The notes under the pieces are model-generated. The model was not told the origin of the DNA and ran no database searches. It saw only the letters and a list, made by a program, of their open reading frames with translations. Position numbers and translations under genes: made by a program. From Candidatus Hecatella orcuttiae (lineage in GTDB: Archaea > Thermoproteota > Bathyarchaeia > Hecatellales > Hecatellaceae), in assembly GCA_002011035.2 (NCBI GenBank), contig MTLY02000003.1, positions 224,001-288,000 on the forward strand: a stretch of 64,000 bases of DNA. The letters are read 5' to 3'. Each line of letters begins with the position of its first letter. The stretch's first letter is position 1. Below are positions 60,079 to 64,000 of the stretch, in pieces.

Positions 60079-62157
60079 TTGTCCTCTGAGAGAGGGGAAG
60101 ATGACGGGAAAAGGACTCCCAATGCCTTGATAAGGGAGAAGAGCCCCTACCTGCTCCAGCATGCTTACAACCCTGTAAACTGGCAAGCGTGGAATGAGGG
60201 GGCTTTAAAACGCGCCAAGCTGGAGGATAAACCCATCTTCTTAAGCATCGGCTACTCCGCATGCCACTGGTGTCATGTCATGGAGAGGGAGTCCTTTGAA
60301 AACCTGGAAACAGCCAGAATCCTCAACGAAAACTTCGTCAGCATAAAGGTAGACCGAGAAGAGCGGCCAGATTTGGACGAAGTCTACATGAAGGCTGTTC
60401 AGCTGATGACAGGCTCCGGAGGTTGGCCTCTCAATGTCTTCCTCACACCAGACCTGAAGCCCATCTTCGGCGGAACCTACTTCCCCCCGGAGCCGAGGCA
60501 TGGTTTACCCCCCTTCAAGGAGGTGCTTCTGAGCGTGGCGAGGCTTTGGCGGGTGCAACGGTCGCAGATTGAAAGCCGCGCGGAGCGGATGTTTCAAGCT
60601 TTGCAGGGATTGTATCTGCAAAAACCGGGGAAGGAGACACCTTCCGAGGGCCTTCTAGACGGCGCCTACGAGCAGCTGGTACTTCAATACGATTCAACCT
60701 ACGGAGGGTTCAGCCGGGCTCCCAAGTTTCCCATGCCCAGCCATCTTTCCTTTCTCCTCCGATACCACTTCAGAAGACGGGAAAGCCTAGCCTTGAGCAT
60801 GGCGGCCAAGACCCTCAGAGCCATGGCGAGGGGCGGCATCTACGACCAACTGGCAGGAGGCTTCCACCGCTACTCCACCGACCGGTTTTGGCTGCCCCAC
60901 TTCGAAAAAATGCTCTATGACAACGCCCTGTTGGCGAAGGTCTACTTGGAGGTCTTCCAAGCCACCGGCGAGGCCTTCTTCGCCCAAGTCGCCCGGGAGA
61001 CGCTGGAGTGGGTGCTGCGGGAAATGACCAGCCCTCAGGGAGGCTTCTATTCCGCCATAGACGCTGACACCGAGGGCGTAGAAGGCGCCTTCTACCTGTG
61101 GACTGTGGAAGAAATGAAGGCGGTGCTAGGTGAGCGGGAGGGAGAAGCAGCTTGCCGCTATTACGGCGTCACCCAGCATGGAAACTTTGAAGGCAAAAAC
61201 ATCCTCTACTTGGCCGGCCGAGCTGACGATGAGGAAACCTCCGAGGAGATGCATAAGATTCGGTTGAAGCTTCTGGAAGCCAGAAACCGGCGGACCCGTC
61301 CGGCTGTGGACGACAAGGTCATCACCGGGTGGAACGGCCTCATGATAGCCGCCATGGCTTACGGGTACCAAGTGCTCCGGGAGCAGCGTTTCCTCCAAGC
61401 CTCTGCCTCCGCTGCAGATTTCATCTTAAATAACCTCCAAAAACAGGGACGGCTGCGGAGGCGTTACTGCGCCGGTGAAGCGGCTGTGGAGGGAATGCTG
61501 GAGGATTACGCCTGCCTCATCCTCGGGCTGCTTGACCTTTACGAGGCTGACTTCAACCCTCGATGGCTTCGAGAAGCCCTCAGGCTCAACGAGGTCATGG
61601 TGGAGGTTTTCTCAGACCGGGGAGGGGGAGGATTCTTCCTGAGAAGCGAGGAGAATGTAGGGTTGAAGCTGCCGGTGAAGGACGCCTACGACGGCCCCAT
61701 GCCCTCCGGTAACTCCTTGGCCGCCTCAAACCTTCTAAGACTTGCTGCCTTGACGGGGAGGGAGGACCTTCGAACCCTAGCCGGAAACGTGTTCAAGGCC
61801 TTCTCCACGCAGCTGGAAGAAAACCCCACAGCGCACACGCAAATGCTCTGCGCCCTAGACTTCTACTTAAGCAACCCTATGCAGATCGTGCTCGTAAGTC
61901 CCCGCGGCGCAACCGGGGGTGAAGAATTCGCCGCGGAGATCAGCCGCCACTACCTGCCCCACAAGGTTGTAGTCTCCGTTCCTGAAGAAGATGCCGGCCG
62001 GGAGCTTGTGGAAATGATTCCTCTCCTAGAGAGCAAGAGGTCTCTTTCCGGAAAGCCCACCGTCTACATCTGCGAGGCCTTCACCTGCCGGGTTCCCGTC
62101 ACCGACTTAGAGGCCTTGCGCCGGGAAATGGCCTCCTTGGCTGCGGGGGCTAGATGA
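60079..62157 (+). CDS. YyaL/SPATA20-like thioredoxin-domain protein
   Basis: [43 protein letters not shown]. Confidence 0.95.
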   Translation: MSSERGEDDGKRTPNALIREKSPYLLQHAYNPVNWQAWNEGALKRAKLEDKPIFLSIGYSACHWCHVMERESFENLETARILNENFVSIKVDREERPDLDEVYMKAVQLMTGSGGWPLNVFLTPDLKPIFGGTYFPPEPRHGLPPFKEVLLSVARLWRVQRSQIESRAERMFQALQGLYLQKPGKETPSEGLLDGAYEQLVLQYDSTYGGFSRAPKFPMPSHLSFLLRYHFRRRESLALSMAAKTLRAMARGGIYDQLAGGFHRYSTDRFWLPHFEKMLYDNALLAKVYLEVFQATGEAFFAQVARETLEWVLREMTSPQGGFYSAIDADTEGVEGAFYLWTVEEMKAVLGEREGEAACRYYGVTQHGNFEGKNILYLAGRADDEETSEEMHKIRLKLLEARNRRTRPAVDDKVITGWNGLMIAAMAYGYQVLREQRFLQASASAADFILNNLQKQGRLRRRYCAGEAAVEGMLEDYACLILGLLDLYEADFNPRWLREALRLNEVMVEVFSDRGGGGFFLRSEENVGLKLPVKDAYDGPMPSGNSLAASNLLRLAALTGREDLRTLAGNVFKAFSTQLEENPTAHTQMLCALDFYLSNPMQIVLVSPRGATGGEEFAAEISRHYLPHKVVVSVPEEDAGRELVEMIPLLESKRSLSGKPTVYICEAFTCRVPVTDLEALRREMASLAAGAR

Positions 62158-62941
62158 GGCTTTTGATGAATCCGCCGTCCACTTGGATCACAGCCCCGGT
62201 TACGTAGCTGGCTCTTTCCGAGGCTAGGAAGACGACCACGTCGGCTATTTCTCGAGGCTGCGCCATCCGCCCCAGGGGGATGCCTGCCTCCCAGCCTCGG
62301 AGAACCTCCTTGTAGGGTCTACCTGTTTCCTCGGCTTGCGCCTTGGCCAGCTGCTGAACTCTTTCCGTCAGTGTCCACCCCGGGCAGACACTGTTCACCG
62401 TGATGCCGTAGGGAGCCAGCTCGTTGGAGAGGGTTTTGGTCAAGCCGAGGATCCCTGCCCTGACCGCGTTGGACGTGACCAGCCGCTCGGCAGGCTGCTT
62501 GGCGGCGAAGGAAGCCATGTTGACGATCCGCCCCCATCGCTGCTTCTGCATGCGAGGAATCACCTTATGGCAGATGTGGACGACGCTCATCAGCAAGGAG
62601 TTCACAGCGTTTCTCCAAGCTGTTTCCGTGGTTTCTGAAAACGTGGAGGGAGGAGGCCCCCCGGTGTTGTTGACCAAGATGTCCACGCTGCCGAATTTCT
62701 TCACCGTCTCAGCCACCAGCCTTTCTATGTCGCCGCGGTTATTCAGATCGGCCTGAACCGCCAAAACCGAGGCCTCAGCGGCGGAGCGAAGCTCCTCGGC
62801 GGCCTCCCTCAGCTGAGCCTCGTTTCTAGCGCAGATGGAAACATTCACTCCTTCTTGGGCTAGGCCTAGGGCTATGGCTTTTCCGATGCCTCTGCTGGAC
62901 CCTGTCACTAGAGCTGTGCGCCCTTTCAATCCCAGCTCCAA
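62150..62941 (-). CDS. SDR family oxidoreductase
   Basis: [26 protein letters not shown]. Confidence 0.93.
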   Translation of the reverse strand: MELGLKGRTALVTGSSRGIGKAIALGLAQEGVNVSICARNEAQLREAAEELRSAAEASVLAVQADLNNRGDIERLVAETVKKFGSVDILVNNTGGPPPSTFSETTETAWRNAVNSLLMSVVHICHKVIPRMQKQRWGRIVNMASFAAKQPAERLVTSNAVRAGILGLTKTLSNELAPYGITVNSVCPGWTLTERVQQLAKAQAEETGRPYKEVLRGWEAGIPLGRMAQPREIADVVVFLASERASYVTGAVIQVDGGFIKSLI

Positions 62942-62954
62942 AACCTCAGCCTCC

Positions 62955-63194
62955 TCACATGCGGTGGACGTGTCTGACTTTCCCCAGCCCCGCGGGCTCC
63001 ATGTTGAAGATGATGGTTTTCAGGTAGGTCATTTCTTCAATGCTGTAGCCTATGCCTTCTCTCCCCACTCCTAAGTCTTTCCACTTCACCCCGCTGAATA
63101 TCCTGAGCAGGGAAATGCCTTCGGCGCCCCGTTTCAGCAAGGGGTCGGGGAAGCTGTCTAGGCTGATGTTTAGATCGAATTTTTCAGAACCCAA
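62955..63194 (-). CDS. Hypothetical protein
   Basis: 79-aa ORF with a GGAGG SD. Confidence 0.45.
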   Translation of the reverse strand: MGSEKFDLNISLDSFPDPLLKRGAEGISLLRIFSGVKWKDLGVGREGIGYSIEEMTYLKTIIFNMEPAGLGKVRHVHRM

Positions 63195-63326
63195 CTAAAC
63201 CTCCTCCTTGTAAGAGATCTGAAAAGGCGGGAAGTTTATATGTAGATCTAGGGTCAGCTGTCTTTCCATGCTTCCGGCGGTGGGAACACTCCAGAGATTT
63301 TCACCTATTCTGAGGGATGATCCAGC

Positions 63327-64000
63327 CTAAAGGCCTGAGGCCAGTTCTAAGAGGGCGATGACGGCTACACCTAGGATCACCATCAAGACCACCTGAACGT
63401 TGAGAACCCTGTGAGCCTCGGGTAGAAGCTCCCCTGCGCCAATATAAAGGAACTCTCCCGCCACGAAGGCGATGATAAGCCCGTAAACCTCCTCGGGAAG
63501 GAGAACCGAAAGGGAGGCGCCCGCTGGGTAGAGCATCGCCGCGACGCCTAGGACAGTGAGAATTTTCACCGAACTGTAGCCTTCGCTCTTCATGACCACG
63601 GTGGTGGTTAAGCCTTGGGGCACCTCGTGGACCACCACAGCCAAGGCTATGAACAGCCCTAAGAGGGGGTTGGTGAAAAAACCCACGGCTATGGCTACCC
63701 CGTCGACGAGGTTGTCTAGGGTGATTCCCAGCAGCGCCGGCAGTCCTATGCGCTCGATTCTGCATTCTTTTTCTCCGCAGGTGTGGATGGTGACGGCCAT
63801 TTCGATGAGGTAGAAGGAGAAGAAGCCCAGCCCTATGATAAGCCAGTTACCGGCGGGGTTGGCGGCGGGGATCATCTCGAAGAGGGCTGTGCCTATGACG
63901 ATGCCTGAAGCAAAGCCGACCACGTACCTGAGGTTGAACTTCACCCTCGGATGGAGGGGGAGAAGCCCGCTGAGAATGGTGGCGGCGCCGGCGATGCCTG
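63327..64000 (-). CDS. ZIP-family metal transporter (start outside window)
   Basis: DNLVDGVAI, VHEVPQG, AGEFLYIGAGELLPEAH; multiple TM segments. Confidence 0.9.
   Translation of the reverse strand, partial: GIAGAATILSGLLPLHPRVKFNLRYVVGFASGIVIGTALFEMIPAANPAGNWLIIGLGFFSFYLIEMAVTIHTCGEKECRIERIGLPALLGITLDNLVDGVAIAVGFFTNPLLGLFIALAVVVHEVPQGLTTTVVMKSEGYSSVKILTVLGVAAMLYPAGASLSVLLPEEVYGLIIAFVAGEFLYIGAGELLPEAHRVLNVQVVLMVILGVAVIALLELASGL

Overview
Archaeal chromosome segment, probably a TACK-type lineage such as Bathyarchaeia (inference). The left host flank (1-5025) carries rps12, an inverted rps7, EF-1alpha, rps10, a PadR regulator and two intron-rich tRNA genes: tRNA-Tyr(GTA) with four BHB introns, and tRNA-Asp(GTC) with two, one splitting the anticodon. 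A ~52.5 kb element is integrated at the tRNA-Asp 3' end, bounded by an 18-bp direct repeat (5010-5027 and 57500-57517). It carries two tyrosine recombinases, a decayed PolB2/RadA-like operon, a minimal type III CRISPR-Cas module with a 21-spacer array and a CARF-HEPN nuclease, a type II R-M pair, a NurA-HerA-Mre11-Rad50 operon, a SNF2 helicase with an inserted J-domain, a frameshifted type IIG-like R-M gene and IS debris. The most unusual part is 19.2-39.7 kb. Twin inverted promoter-like boxes are followed by a ~520-nt highly structured non-coding tract, then a ~20-kb run of mostly small, co-oriented ORFs. Nearly all of these are preceded by the same strand-specific motif (Y)nTTCGGGG (about 37 copies), and the structured tract contains its complement (CCCCGAAGGG). 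One gene in this array (DUF932-like) is interrupted by a 62-nt tRNA-type BHB intron whose removal restores the frame. The right host flank (57518-64000) has selD, a SAM methyltransferase, a YyaL-like protein, an SDR and a ZIP transporter. All calls were made by eye without database searches.
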